A DNA stretch of 57,378 bases, filler included, from Streblomastix strix (Eukaryota): assembly GCA_008636045.1 (NCBI GenBank). It is 2 parts of 2 records of this genome, joined end to end, with 100 filler letters (N's around TTAATTAATTAA, not from the genome) between each part and the next. Parts side by side here need not be neighbours in the genome. Positions count along the whole stretch, not along the records: positions 28,747 to 57,378 come from SNRW01000118.1; 1 more part is not named here. One strand, 5' to 3'. Position 1 is the stretch's first letter. Every line of letters begins with the position of its first letter. The notes under the pieces are model-generated. The model did no database searches, was not told the origin of the DNA, and saw only the letters and a list, made by a program, of their open reading frames with translations. Both the position numbers and the translations under genes were made by a program. Positions 41,022 to 54,846 of this stretch are shown in pieces.

Positions 41022-43783
41022 TCAGCTTAGCTCTTAGCATGCATAACTGTTAGCAGTTAGTTAATAAATAAAAGAACAACAACACTAATTTGGTAATGTT
41101 ACCATTTTTGTATGACTTCATGTTATTCTATTTTTAAGAACTTCAATTTAACTCATTTCTCCAGCACGTTATATAAGAGATATATTCTTACTTTTAACTA
41201 CAGTACCAATCTAAATATTTTCTTCAAATGCTTATTTTTTAATTTGTGGATTAAATTTTAAATTAAAACTTTTTAATTTACCCATTTCTGGGTTCTTCTT
41301 ATTAAGATCTTCAAAAAGTCAATAATTCTTAGGTGCAAATGCAATTAATTACGAGCAGCAGTGTTCATATGCAACACTAAGTAATTTCTTTTCGTTATAT
41401 ACATCTTTAATAGGATCTGTGGAAAATTTTTATTATTTTCATCGAAGAATTATTTATCAGAAACTATTGCAGAGAATCCTTAAGTATAATCTTAATTCGG
41501 ATCTCTAACAACAGCTAACATCAGAGAATATGTATCACCATAAACATAATGAAATCGATTTTTATCAAGATATTTACTTAAGAAATTATTATAGAAATTC
41601 ATAACTCAGTATTTTGAACAATCTAGAACAGCAATTGCAGCTTAAATGTAAGTATTTCAATTAAATTTCTACTTTTTAAATTCAACTGCATATATATTTT
41701 CATTTAATATACGATCAGCTTTAAAAATATCCTAGAGATGAGCTCTAAATATTTCATTTTTATCATATATTTTTATATATGAGAAGTGTTCTTAGTTCAT
41801 ATCATCACTACCAAATGAACTATTCATTGAAATCTTACTATATTATTCCAATCCTTTATTCTTTTCTAACTTAGCATATATAAATTATTTACAGAAAAGT
41901 TTTACAAACAGAGCAAATCCTAGATGTTTAGAGAATGACATAACAGATTTAACTTCATCGATTATGATTTGACAATTATCGATAAGAAACTATAGATTAT
42001 ATAAATAAATACTCATAAATTCTCACATTGTTGATGGTGATGAAGTAAGTTTATATTCTTTTTATCAATTGATAATTCATTTTTCTTTTAATGATCATGC
42101 ACATTTTTTCCTATTACTGATTCCAATTCCTTAAATTTATACTTTCTAGCCAATAGTGGAAAGTTAATAAAATCATTGATATATTCTTCATCTATATGTT
42201 CTTTAACTTCTGCAACGAATACTGTTACTTTATATATATCAGATGGTTTAGTGGAAAATCTAAGAGGAAAAATAATAGCTTCAATTGTTTAATTTTTATA
42301 TTTATTAAATTTATAAGTGTTTCGACTGATTTCATTACTAGGTATATATATTTAATTATCAATGTATTTAATGAAATCATGTTTGAGTCCACTAAACATA
42401 GACAGATACAATTAACTCTTATCAACTCCGGATATATGAGTCATAATTTGATTTAAATCATAACTGATGGCCATATTTTCCTCCCATTTCATTTAATTAA
42501 TATGAATTTCGCCTTTAATATTATATCCATGAATAACATTTGCTAATTCTCCTGTAATTCCATTTCTTAAAATGTGATAAGTATCTTCATTAGTAATTGG
42601 CATTGGCAAACTTTTAGCTAAATAGAATCTTTTAAATTATATCTTTAATCAGGTTATTTTATCATCTCTGTTAGCTTTTGCAACATTACAATAAACGCAT
42701 GCTAATCTAACATTATCTTTTGTGTGACTAATTGGGCTATTAATTCTGTCAAGTGTTGGTTGACTTTCATTAGTAAATCTTACCTTTCAAAAACAACAAG
42801 ATCCTTTTTCAATCTCTTATGCAAATTGTTCAAAATCAGATTCTTACAAATTATCAGTGAAGCCTCAATTAGCTTTTAAATCCTATTATTTATATGAATT
42901 TAATTTTTATTACAACTATTCCTCTGTAAGATTAGTTGTAGAGAAACTAGTGAAGGACGAGTCCTTTTGGTATGTATAACGAGCATTCAAATCAAAATCA
43001 TGATAAGCTATTTTATATGATATAGAGTTTGCTCAACTAGCTATTTAAATATAATTAGACATGTCAATTCCATTTTAAAAATTCATTTCAATTAAACTTT
43101 CAATTGGTATAATCATTATACTAGTATCTTGTTCATTATAATATTATAGATAATCCAATCTATTTGTAAATTATGTATCATCTTCCAAATAAATCTGGTA
43201 AGCTTTATCTATCAATATATCTTTTCTAAGTTTATTAATAATATTTTCTTTCGTGAATGGTTCAGATTTTGATAAGATCTCACTATAATTATCTGTATTA
43301 ATAGCATCATAAGGAAATACTCTTTTTAATCATCTTTATTGCCATTATAAAAATCTACAGTAAATTATTTTAATGCTCATTTTGTAACAAATAGTATAGC
43401 ATCTAAAAATTATAATGATACTCTAGTAATTTTATGTTAAACTTCTACACTCATAATGTGAGAAAAATCTCCAAAATAGCATATAATATGCCATAATGGA
43501 TTAGTTAAATATCAGATTACAAATACTATATCGAAATGTGCAGAATTATAACTAAGTACAGGTATTGAAATATTGAAGGGTATTTCAGGATCATCGTATT
43601 GGTGATCTTCTTTCAATTGTTTCGCTTCTTCAAATATTTATTCAAGCTATTTTTCTATAAAATTCTCTTTACATAAATCAAAATATATTATCTTAATTCC
43701 AGCTTTTGATTTAATAGTTGATGCAACTGATAATGGTTCTAATACAATGTGTTGTTGAGAGATATGAACCTCAATACTATTTA
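41022..43783 (-). pseudogene. Outer pPolB, 3' half (exonuclease, HNH insert, polymerase)
   Basis: LEPLSVAS, GYNSAHFD, KRVFPY, TLDRINSPISHTKDNVRLACVYCN, degenerate motif A GVDKSQLYLS, KISMNSSFG, YGDTYS. Confidence 0.88.
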
Positions 43784-44057
43784 AATAATATATATTGGCT
43801 GTACCACAGTCGACTAATTCTGCCGCGCTATTTGTAACCATAATCTCCGCGTCAAATGACTTTTATAACTAAGGCTCAAATCAGCAATGTGATACACAAA
43901 TGATATTGACAATTCAAAGCAAATATCTATGACACAAATGAGAACAATTCATCAATGTGATGCACAAATGATGTCGATAATTCTAATCAAATTTATATAA
44001 CACAAATGAACTCAATTCATCAATGTGATACACTTATCATCAAAAATAGTGATATCA

Positions 44058-47000
44058 TCATTCAATTAAGTAATGATCTGCATTAATTCCATACATAAAT
44101 GGAGCACAACATCCATTAGATAATACAACCATTTTATTATGAGTACCTGTTAGCGCTGACTTTTCTGTACATATCATAGACATTATCCCCATTTTCATCT
44201 ATAAATTGTTAGTTGTCACATTAATTTTACATCCATCATTCAAACATTTAATGTAATCATTAGTTGTTAAATTAGCCTTCTTTTCACTTACTCCTTTCAT
44301 CCTATTCACTAATGATACTATATCGTCATTATGTTAATTTCCATTGTATAAACTATAACATTTAGGTGCTAGACAAACGATATTTTCTCCTTATGACTCA
44401 GTAGTGATACCCATTAATTTCTTCTCTTCAGCAACAGTACAATCATTCCAAGGAAGCTACTCTTTATAGTGTTAGTCATAGAACCCCTAGTCTTTAATCG
44501 CATACTTCAATCCTTATTTATATCCTTCAATTTATGATCCAGCAATAGCTAAATACATTGAGTCAGTATCCATATTACAGAAGTGAACTCTATCCATATC
44601 AATACATTTATAGAGGAAGTTGTATACAAAATTTAGATACCAAAATTTGCTATTGTCTAGAGTGAATACAGCTTCTTGCAATGGCTTATTACACTTAAAT
44701 TATCTAGGTGATTCACTAACCATATATTATGCCTCTTCACTAAGGCTCCCATCAGGATTGTATGTATCATCACTTAATTTCCTTGTTGCATTATGATCTT
44801 GTATCAATTATTTGAGTGATGCCTGTTGAGCATTGTTAAATGATATCTTATCAAATTTAGCATTATTTTATCCTTCTCCTTCAAAAGCACTATTCAGAAT
44901 TTGCTTGTAATATAACGATTTCGTGTCATTATGTTGGCTAATTGCATCCTACCTGTTGCTCATCATTGTACAGGCAAATGATTCGAAACCTAGATGTTTA
45001 TCGAATAGGGCTATTGAATCAATATCGTCAATTATTAAATTACAATAGTCAATCAAAAACCATAAAATATAACTAGTGAAACACATAAATTGATTGTGTG
45101 TTGATAGCAATGATGTTAGTTTTGTAGTAGGTTTGTCAATAGTTAATCCCTATGCCGTCATCTTGTTATACATAAATTCTCCTATCTGTTCAATTGAATT
45201 GTTATATGTTAATTTCCTCCATATCGGTTCTAAATTTATGTGTGAATTAATATGTTTTTCATCAATATGACCTTTAATACGAACACAGAATAGTTACCCT
45301 TTGCCATTGAATCTATCATCACTCATAATTATATCGCGAGCTTTCTATTTTGAATTATTAGATGTGCACTTGAAGTAGCTAGTCAATCCACCAGCCTAAT
45401 ATATTCGATGATTTGTATAGGGGTTATTTTTGTTGAATATACCACTAAATATTGAGGGATAGAGAGAATTGAAATCTAAATCAAGGATGTGAGTGATTAT
45501 ATGTTATGTGCCATATGATGTTATTGTTTTAGCTACATAATTATATCTAAGTTTGTTGATGTGTGTGATACCTTTCAAATTGCATTAATGATACACATTA
45601 GACAGTCCACCCTACATACATTCCTTTAACATGTTATATACAGATTCATTATTAATTGTCATAGGCAGATGTTCATGGATAGCATATTTCATTAATTGTA
45701 TCTTTAATTTACTAATATCATTATCTTTGTCAGCCTTAACGGTATTACATATTTAACAAGCTAGTTAACAGTTCTATTTTGTATGGCCAATTGAATTATC
45801 AATTCTGTCTAAAGAGGGTTTGTTTTCTTTAGTGAATTTGTTGTGGCATAGATGACATGTTTTACTAGCTACTTTATCCCTAATCCATTCAAAATCATCC
45901 TCATTAACATTATTGGTGGTATCCCTTTTAGCATATTCATCTTGATTAATATATCCTTTGACTTTGTTATTCCACCATTATTAAGTAACTTCGAATTATT
46001 CAAAACCATTAACTATGTTATAACTTGCATTGATATCGAACTTGTCATATCAATATTTATATTTAATTTAACTAGCAATTTGAGCTAGTGATATACATCC
46101 TAACATATCAACTTTCTCTTCCCATGTAATTTGAATAAGATGATTGATTGGGTTAATCATACAATTAACATCCCTGATATTATAGTGCTTTAGATACTCC
46201 AATCTGTCTTGAAACGAAGTGAAATCATTAACATACTATTCATAATCTTCGTCACTAATATTCTTATTATTAAGTTTGTCATAGAAATCTTCCTTTGTAT
46301 ACGCCTCTGATTAACTAAGGACTAATTTATAGTTATCATAATTGAACGAACCATGTGGAAATATACCTTTTGTTAATTTTATACCTTTAGTACCAAATTT
46401 CTCAACAAACTACTTTAATGTGTTGTTTGGTGGAATGAATGATAATATATCGATAAATCTCAAGTCAAAATCATAATCTTAATGTGATACTACAGTCTAT
46501 TTAACTTAAGTTGTTGATCCCATATATTAAATTTTTGTCTTATTTTTAATTAGATGTTTGAGTAATAAATTCATATCAAACTTCTTAGAATTGAATCCAA
46601 TAACTGATACTTGGGGCTTATAAGGAATAACTCCGTGCTAATGCTAACACTTATCATTAATTGTAACATCAGGTATATTTGATTAATTAGCTTCATTAAC
46701 AGTAACGGCGACTTCAAACAGTTAACTTATCCATTATTCAATAAAATCAGATCCGTTTCGTAAATCAAAATATAAAGTAGTAATTTAATCGTTTATTGTC
46801 GCTGCTGACGCTACAGATAATGGTTCTAATTAATCAATTAAGTTATTTATTCCGTTAGTTATATTCTCTACTGTTTCAAAATCAAATGTAATGTAATTAA
46901 GTGTAGGTGTTAATAAATCTGACTAGCCTGTAGATACTAATTTCTATAGTAGCTTATTATTTGATATATGTGGATAATATGGTTTTGGTAAATGATTTAA

Positions 47001-49170
47001 TTTAACTTATTTAGTTGTCTATGGACCTTAACAATACTTCAAAAGTCTCGCAAGAACACGCTTATAATTCTAGTTCTTAGTAACAAATATTTTTTAACAA
47101 TTGAGTGGACTGAGTTTTCAATTAATAACTTCATCAATATTACTAATATACATTGCATGGATTTCATCCACTAATTGCAATGGTACTAATAATACATTAA
47201 CAGTTAGATAGTACTTATCGAAAATATGTTCGTCAAATTTATTAAATTATTCAACATCAGTATTTTTCGTTTTATGTTTCATCTCGTCACATGTGTATGT
47301 AATTACATTTAGTTTGAACATCTGTTGATACTTTTCCAAATCAGTTACATAATTGAATCCATTATATTATTCCATTAACTATTTATTAGATTTATTTAAT
47401 CTCTAGCTTGGGTTAATGTCATGGTATTAGAGGAATTATTTAATAGCATCACTTATCCTACTACAAGTACTATCAATATCAGGGTGTAATGCAAATGATG
47501 CAACTAAAAACCAACAAATTTTTGTAATCACATTCTATATCCCTAGTAATACCTTCTTTATTAAAGTGCTAACATATTTTATCCATTTTAGTGCCTAATG
47601 GCAGTCTATAAACAACAATCAAAAACGAATATAGTGCTACCTTTAATGTTGCTGAATCTTGATGATTTGTGTCTTAATAATCTGATAATAAGTCAACAGC
47701 TTTTTATTTGAAATAGTCGTTAGTTTGTTTATCTCGAACTACTGTGTTAGGTAAAGTCTTGTAACTGTTATCAGCACTAGGTCCAGTGTGAGAATAATGA
47801 TATTCATCTAATGTTTGTTAATGCTTATAGACTTATTTCTTTTTCTACCAGATAGATCCAAAATCAATGTATACTTTATAGGGTTTAGCTTTCTCTAATT
47901 CATATACTTAGTCGATTTTATCTTTCAGTTGCTATAAGTCATAGAAATGATTGTAATAGTATTAAATATACGGTTCTTTATTGAATATATATTTTGACTT
48001 CATTAGTTCATCAGATAGACCATCAATACTGACTTCATTCTTTTCTTAGAATTTCTATCGTGCCTGAGCTAATGCAGCATAATAAGATGATAAATTCTAA
48101 AGTGTGAAGATAACGAATGCATTCTATTCGAGTTCCCTATTCTTATTTAATTATTCTGTTTTTGTAATATTTGGTTCATTAAAGTGATCCTTATGTAATC
48201 CATAATACTCATCATTAAGCTTTTTAACTCTTCTATTGAATTCTTTAGCACCTAATTTTGCTTCTAAGTAACTGAGAATTCTAAATGGTTTTTCACCTTA
48301 TAGCTTATATCTTTAATTAATGAGTATCTATTACAATTATTCATATAGCTTATGTCTCTTTCATTTGTCTTAAATCACTTTAGCAGCATTAATTGACTAC
48401 TTCATTAGTTATTACGCTAAGTGTCTTCGATAATGTTTTTGAATTAGTACAGCTGCTTTATTCTATTTCTCTAATTTATCCTTTAATGCTTGTATCTCTT
48501 ATTGATGTAACTATTCTTATTAATCTAATTCTTATTAATGTTTCAATTATTGTTCAGCTAGCAATTACTTATAATTCTCATTAATCTCTTTTGGCTATTG
48601 AATCTATTCTTCCAAATCAAATTCTTCTCTTAAAATTTCATTAATTGTTTATAGTGACTCTTATAACTAATCTATCTAGTTAGTTATTTATAGCTATGCT
48701 TGTAACAATTATTACATACGCTATCTTCGACCACTTTCTTCAAATTTTAATTTTTAATTAGCTCTGTATTTATCAGGATTGAATATATCATCATCAGTAT
48801 TGTCAGACTAGTTCAATTCATTTATGATCTCATCAATATTTTTGACTAATTGAGGTTATTGTTAATCATTATTCAACTATAATTACTATTCATTAACTGG
48901 TTCTATTAATTGTTCTAATTAAGGTTATTGTTATTGTTAATCATTATTCAACTGTTTTTACTGTTAATCATTTCTTTCAGCAACAATTTGATTTACAAAA
49001 GCTACAATTTCAGTTGTAATAGTTATATGACCTGGATAATGTAATCAACGTAATTCATTAATTAGCATGTTTCTTAATTCAACTGATGTATAATTAGGTA
49101 AATATTGAACTTATAATTGGTCTAGTAAATTTTAAATCTATTATTTATTCATTCTGTATTTCTCGGCCAT
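44058..49170 (-). pseudogene. Protein-primed family B DNA polymerase (~1700 codons) with long N-terminal extension and HNH insert
   Basis: FDFETV, GFNSKKFD, KGIFPH, YNIRDV, CHLC..SLDRIDNSIGHTKQNCQLACQICN, LDFNSLYPS, KQILNSAF, MDTDS. One extra base near 47520. In-frame TGA at 49045, 48361, 47118 and 46050. Confidence 0.92.
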
Positions 49171-49235
49171 TTGTGTGTGGGAAAAAAAGTCAATTTATTA
49201 CTTTGCCAATTTTCTGTATTTTTATTTTATAATAA

Positions 49236-49601
49236 ATGACATATGAAGTGAAGTCGTTATTATTGTAAATCCCGTTAATAAAAATAACTAAAGAATTACG
49301 TTAATTTGTAAAATCGAATCATGATTTGCTATTCCATGCTACAACATTCACTTTAAATAGATATATGGCAATACCACATTTTAGATTTCTTCAAAGACAT
49401 GACTATATTCATGTATATTGTGACCGTAAATGAAGATCTAGTTAACCTGAATTATTGCCTAAAAATATAAACTCTGTTGATAGCATAAATGCTATCAATT
49501 AGTTAAGTGATTAGTCAGAAAGTATTAATGAAAATTCTGATAGCAACTCCGTTGGTGTTATAAATGCTAATGCTTCGCAATCTGACTCGCCGATCAGTTG
49601 A
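49236..49601 (+). CDS. Small ORF of the nested element, divergent from pPolB
   Basis: MTYEVKSLLLQIPLIKITKELRQFVKSNHDLLFH.., 122 codons with one internal TGA. ATG is 65 bp from the pPolB ATG. Confidence 0.45.
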
Positions 49602-50187
49602 TTATATATTATTTTTTATCTATAATATTTTTAATTATTGATACATAAAGTATACCCATATTTGAAATTATTTGAAAAATTTTAGTAATTTATTTCATAC
49701 TATTTTAACACACAACCCTACAACACTATCCTAATTACAATACATATTAGTGAAGCAAGTAGTGATATAGACTATACATATAAGTAATTGATATAATTAG
49801 TCCATTAGTTTGTTAAGAAATTAGTAGTTAAAATTGTTAAATTTTTTCACAAATTTTGAAAATTTCATGTCTATTATTCAAATAATTTTGAACATTTTTG
49901 AATAATTTTTAAATATTAATCCATATCGTTTGTACATCACATTGATCAATTGAGTTCATTTGTGTTATATAAATTTGATTAGAATTATCGACATCATTTG
50001 TGCATCACATTGATGAATTGTTCTCATTTGTGTCATAGATATTTGCTTTGAATTGTCAATATCATTTGTGTATCACATTGCTGATTTGAGCCTTAGTTAT
50101 AAAAGTCATTTGACGCGGAGATTATGGTTACAAATAGCGCGGCAGAATTAGTCGACTGTGGTACAGCCCATATATATTATTCATTTA

Positions 50188-52507
50188 TAACTGATTTACT
50201 ACATTATCCTTAATTAATTAATCTAGAAACAGTTTCAAAATCATATATTGTAAAATAATTTGTTAGATTAAATTCATTTAGCCTTTCATATGCCATAAGA
50301 TATTAATAAGTGTTATTTCCAAATATGTGAGGAGAAAATGGTGAAAGAGATTTTAATAATATTACTTATTTACCTTTATTTTATTAATATTTTGTAATAT
50401 ATCTTTCAAAATCCCTTAAAGAATGTCTATTTTTATTCATTACAGAAACACTATACTGTTTACAAAATGGACAATTACGATAACCTGTCAATGCTTCAGG
50501 ATCAGAAACAAATAAAACATGAGAATTATTTTTTAAGTTGAAGCAATAATAAATTAAAATCTTATAATTAAGATTTGTTTTTTTCATTTTAATATTTTTT
50601 TTCATCATCATCATCACCATCATCTTCTGCTTTGATATTCTAATCTATGTAGAATTAATCATAAGCAGATGTTGTGCTAACTTCATTAGATTAAATTGGA
50701 ATTTCTTTGCATGCACAAATACAAATGTTTATTTGAAATAATTTTGCAAGTTTCTTGTCATCAGTAACAAAATCAAACCCTTAATATTCTTTAATAAATT
50801 TCTATATATATTTACGTTTAGCAGAGCTTCCTTGATGAGAGAAATATTAATTCGTCAATTTAAATCTTTCAGTAATTCTATCCTAATCTTTATGTCGTAT
50901 TTTTTTCGTTTTTATTTGGCAATGATATGAATGACGACGCGTCAAATACACAATTGTTGGGATATTTCTATTCAATATAATGTACCTAACGACGTTTAAT
51001 ATATTTCTTTAAATCTTAAATCGCTTTACTAGTTAGAGAATATCTATAAACAACTATAACCATAGAAAATATTGCAATAAACTTATGATGAGTTGATTCT
51101 AATGTCCTTTCCTAATCATTTATTATAATTGTTGGAACATATTCTTTAAATTCATCCATATCAGCTTGAGAAGTAATTATTTTCTTAATATTTTTTGCAG
51201 AAGTAGTATTTAAATTCTATCTTGGATAATTGATAGTATATTCTGCTGTTTTATTACTTCCATCATTATTAGTAATAGCTTCTTCAACTATATAACCAAA
51301 ATCGATAGCAATCTTAAATGATTAGTTTTTTCCTAATCGAATACGAAGTTTAAATGATTATATATATATATATTCTAATGAAGTAATTCTATTATTATAA
51401 TAGAATATCGTCGGTTCATCTTTAATTCTTCTCTATTCAATTCTAGTTGGATCTTAATATTCAGCATGAGCTTGATGTAATGCTATTATAAATTTTTCAG
51501 AATCAATAGGTTTACATAATAATAATGCATCCACATTTTCTATTGGTTCCACATATTCCAAATCACTATCTATGTACAGTTATATTTTTTTCAAATTTCC
51601 TCATCTAGAAGTCCAAATGTTTACAGTTACAGTTCATTAATGTTATTATGCTATCTTCGTATATTTTTATATTTTTCATCAAGAAATTTTTAAAATTATT
51701 CTTTGCGATTTTAAGTAATTGCTTCTTACTATAGAATATCAACTTACATCGATTTGTCTACTAATTCTTCTTAGTTATCAATTTCATTAACAGAAGATCG
51801 TGCAGGCTTCGGTTTTCTTACTCGTATTCATTCACAAGCTTCTCTTGAAAAAGGTAACAAGAATGAAATATCTTTTGGTTCTTATGGTTCTAATGGAAAA
51901 AATTACTTTAAAAATCTTCTAATTCTTTCTTCGGAAAAAGATTTAGAATCATCATAATCACATTTATCTAATTCAAATGAAAGTATATTTCTAGGATTAC
52001 TAAAAATAAGTTCTTCGACATTCTAGTCATATCCTAGTCTTTTCTGTTATTATTAAAAAATTGCGTCGAAAGATTAGAACTCTATTATGATTATATTGTT
52101 TTGATAGTTTTTTTTAATTCAGACGTTCTTTTTGCTGTTACTCACTTTGTAAGCGCTTTAAGGAATGCTCCTTTTCTTTTTCTTCTTTATCTTTTTACTG
52201 AGTTCACATCGCTAACTTATACAATCTCTCAATTTTGCTTTTCATCCAATTCTAAATATTGTATTAAATTCAATTCTTAATCATATTTTTCAAATTCTTC
52301 CTATTATCGATTCCGAACAGCCTCGACAATTCTTCATTTAAAATCATCGGAATAACTGTATGGGCTTGTTATTTTATATTCTTCAAGTGAGTTTTCTAGA
52401 TATAATCGAACAACTGCTACTATATATGCAGATAAGTCATGTATACCAACAAAACCGGAAAATCTATCCAATGATGATAATTATGCTTTAGTAGGTCTAG
52501 GTACAAT
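50188..52507 (-). pseudogene. Outer pPolB, 5' half (N-terminal extension, Zn finger, Exo I)
   Basis: FKIAIDFGYIVE (homologous to the inner YKVYIDFGSIW), DPEALTGYRNCPFC, TIYDFETV. Multiple stops and frameshifts. Confidence 0.8.
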
Positions 52508-53082
52508 TATTTTTATTGTTGTTTTGTGAAGTTAAACGATGTTTTGCTTTAAAATTTAAATAATTTCAGAAGAGATTTAGAAATGAGATAAATAATAAAA
52601 AATTAAGAAAATATTAAATAATCAATTTAATTTTTAATTTTTATTTTATTAATGTGTCTAATTTATTTTTTTATTAAATTATTTCAATTTTCTTCGAACG
52701 ACACCAAAAAAAGTAATAGCATAAATTATCATTGAAAAAATTCTTCTAAACCGTTTCAAATACGATTATTATGTGGATTTAGACTAAATTCAGAGAAGAA
52801 AAGAGGAGGAAATAAGGAAATAATTTTAGGTCATAAAATAATTACCAGGAATATGGAAATACACAGGCTATATTGATCTTAATGAACCAAAATTATGAGC
52901 TCTTTATGAGCGCAGATTTGTTTATGATGATCATTGGAATGAATATTAGATTGTGTTATATTAAGAATATTTTTAAGAATGCACTTACGAAAATGTAAAT
53001 GTTAAATTGTGACATTAAAATTGAGCAAAAAATTCCGATTTAGAATTATTTTTGTTAATTCCAGTAAAATCAATTCAAAACT

Positions 53083-53434
53083 CCATTGATTTCATCAATG
53101 GTGCGATAAGAATTGACTATCAAAACAAGGCTTGCACCGCGTCATATGTTTTTGAAACAAGGCTTGTACTTCGTCACGAGTTTTCAAAGCAGGCTTACTT
53201 CACATCCTACATTTTCAAAACATGGCTTTCACTATGTCAGGACTTTTTGAAACATGGCTGCACTGATTCACAAGTTTTTAAAACAAGATTGCAACGAATA
53301 CTCTAGTTTCAGAAACGAGCTGCAAACAGACACAACGACGCAAAACAACGCTGTATTTAAGTTTTAAAATACCAAACATGCTCTATAATCTAAAAAACGT
53401 GCACTGCAGCCGTTGATTTCATCAATGGGGCGAT
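53083..53434. repeat. Degenerate 31-32-bp tandem array between two palindromic boxes
   Basis: About 8 units of TTTT-AAACA(A/T)GGCT (GG-equivalent positions 53129, 53161, 53192, 53224, 53256, 53287, 53318, 53349), flanked by CC(A/G)TTGATTTCATCAATGG(T/G)GCGAT. Confidence 0.75.
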
Positions 53435-53637
53435 TGACACCTTTATATATTATTATTAATATAAAATCAGAATAATCAATAAATAATTTTAAATCTTGGA
53501 TTAGTAATATTAAATCCGATTATGAATTTTTGAATAAACATATTTAATAAATAAAAAATTAAAAAAAGTAAGTGTTGACAGTTTTCGAATTTGAAGCAAA
53601 TTAAAACGATCTATGGAGACGATCAGTCAAATCAAAA

Positions 53638-54096
<459 letters not shown>

Positions 54097-54846
54097 AATG
54101 TTATAATAATTATTTAATATGTTTATACACTAGACTGTAGAAATCTGCATATTTTAAAATGTATGCTTAATTCTATTTTATTTATTATTTTTTATTGATT
54201 AAAATGATGATTAATTTTTCGTCCGTGTTTCTGAACCAACCAATTTGTTGGATGACGATCGATTTTTACTGATAAAATTCAATATAATAATTTTTCAAAT
54301 TCATTTTTCTCTTTTGTTTTCATATTAAATATTAAATTTATTTCTTTTTTCTTTATATTTATTTGTAATCAGTTACATAAAATTATGATTTTCCTTCAAC
54401 AGTTACTGTTGAACATGAAATATCTTCTAAAGATTTATATTAGTATAAAAATTTGGGGCTAGATTCTCAAAGTTAATAATTGAAGAGATTGGTATGCAAT
54501 TTTCAATATTACTAATAAAAACATGAATGCTGTGATGATTTGATGATTATTGATTATTTTTTATGATATTTATGATCTGTCTCGTCTGAGCCATCATTTT
54601 TGCTAATTATTTATCTAACAGACTATTATTGATTTGATTTCACTCTTTCATTTTTCTTAATTTATTTTTATTCAGACATTGTATGAGAAGAGCCCAAGAG
54701 GAATGAAATAGCATATAGCACTATTTTGTTTATTTGATTATAATCAAAGAGATGAGAAATAAAAACAAATAAATATCCTCATAATTCATTTATTGATAAT
54801 CTTGTTTTTAAACTTAATTATTTTCCTTAAACTAACAAAATATCAT

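Larger units (their letters stand above)
43784..50181. mobile_element. 6398-bp TIR element encoding a pPolB, nested in the outer pPolB
   Basis: 246-bp TIRs at 43784-44029 and 49936-50181 (2 mismatches). 6-bp TSD TATTTA 43778-43783 / CATTTA 50182-50187. Confidence 0.93.
29210..52510 (-). mobile_element. Degenerate Polinton/Maverick-like endogenous virus (boundaries approximate)
   Basis: Intronless gene block: penton-like, capsid-like, pVI-like, fibre-like, rve integrase and pPolB, with many stops and frameshifts. Confidence 0.85.

Noticed and set aside
29709..43783. Many in-frame TGAs in the outer viral genes as evidence for TGA=Trp
   Set aside because: They co-occur with frameshifts and fall where Gly, Arg or Cys is expected (e.g. 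ELR*AQ, IT*SHTK, CF*K), so they reflect decay.
53120..53355. Repeat-spacer pattern resembling a CRISPR array
   Set aside because: Repeats are degenerate, linkers are only about 13 nt, there are no cas genes and the context is eukaryotic.
54100..54680. Possible minus-strand ORF (MSEQKQIKK..) with three TGAs
   Set aside because: No recognisable motif or clear end, and it cannot be distinguished from degenerate DNA.
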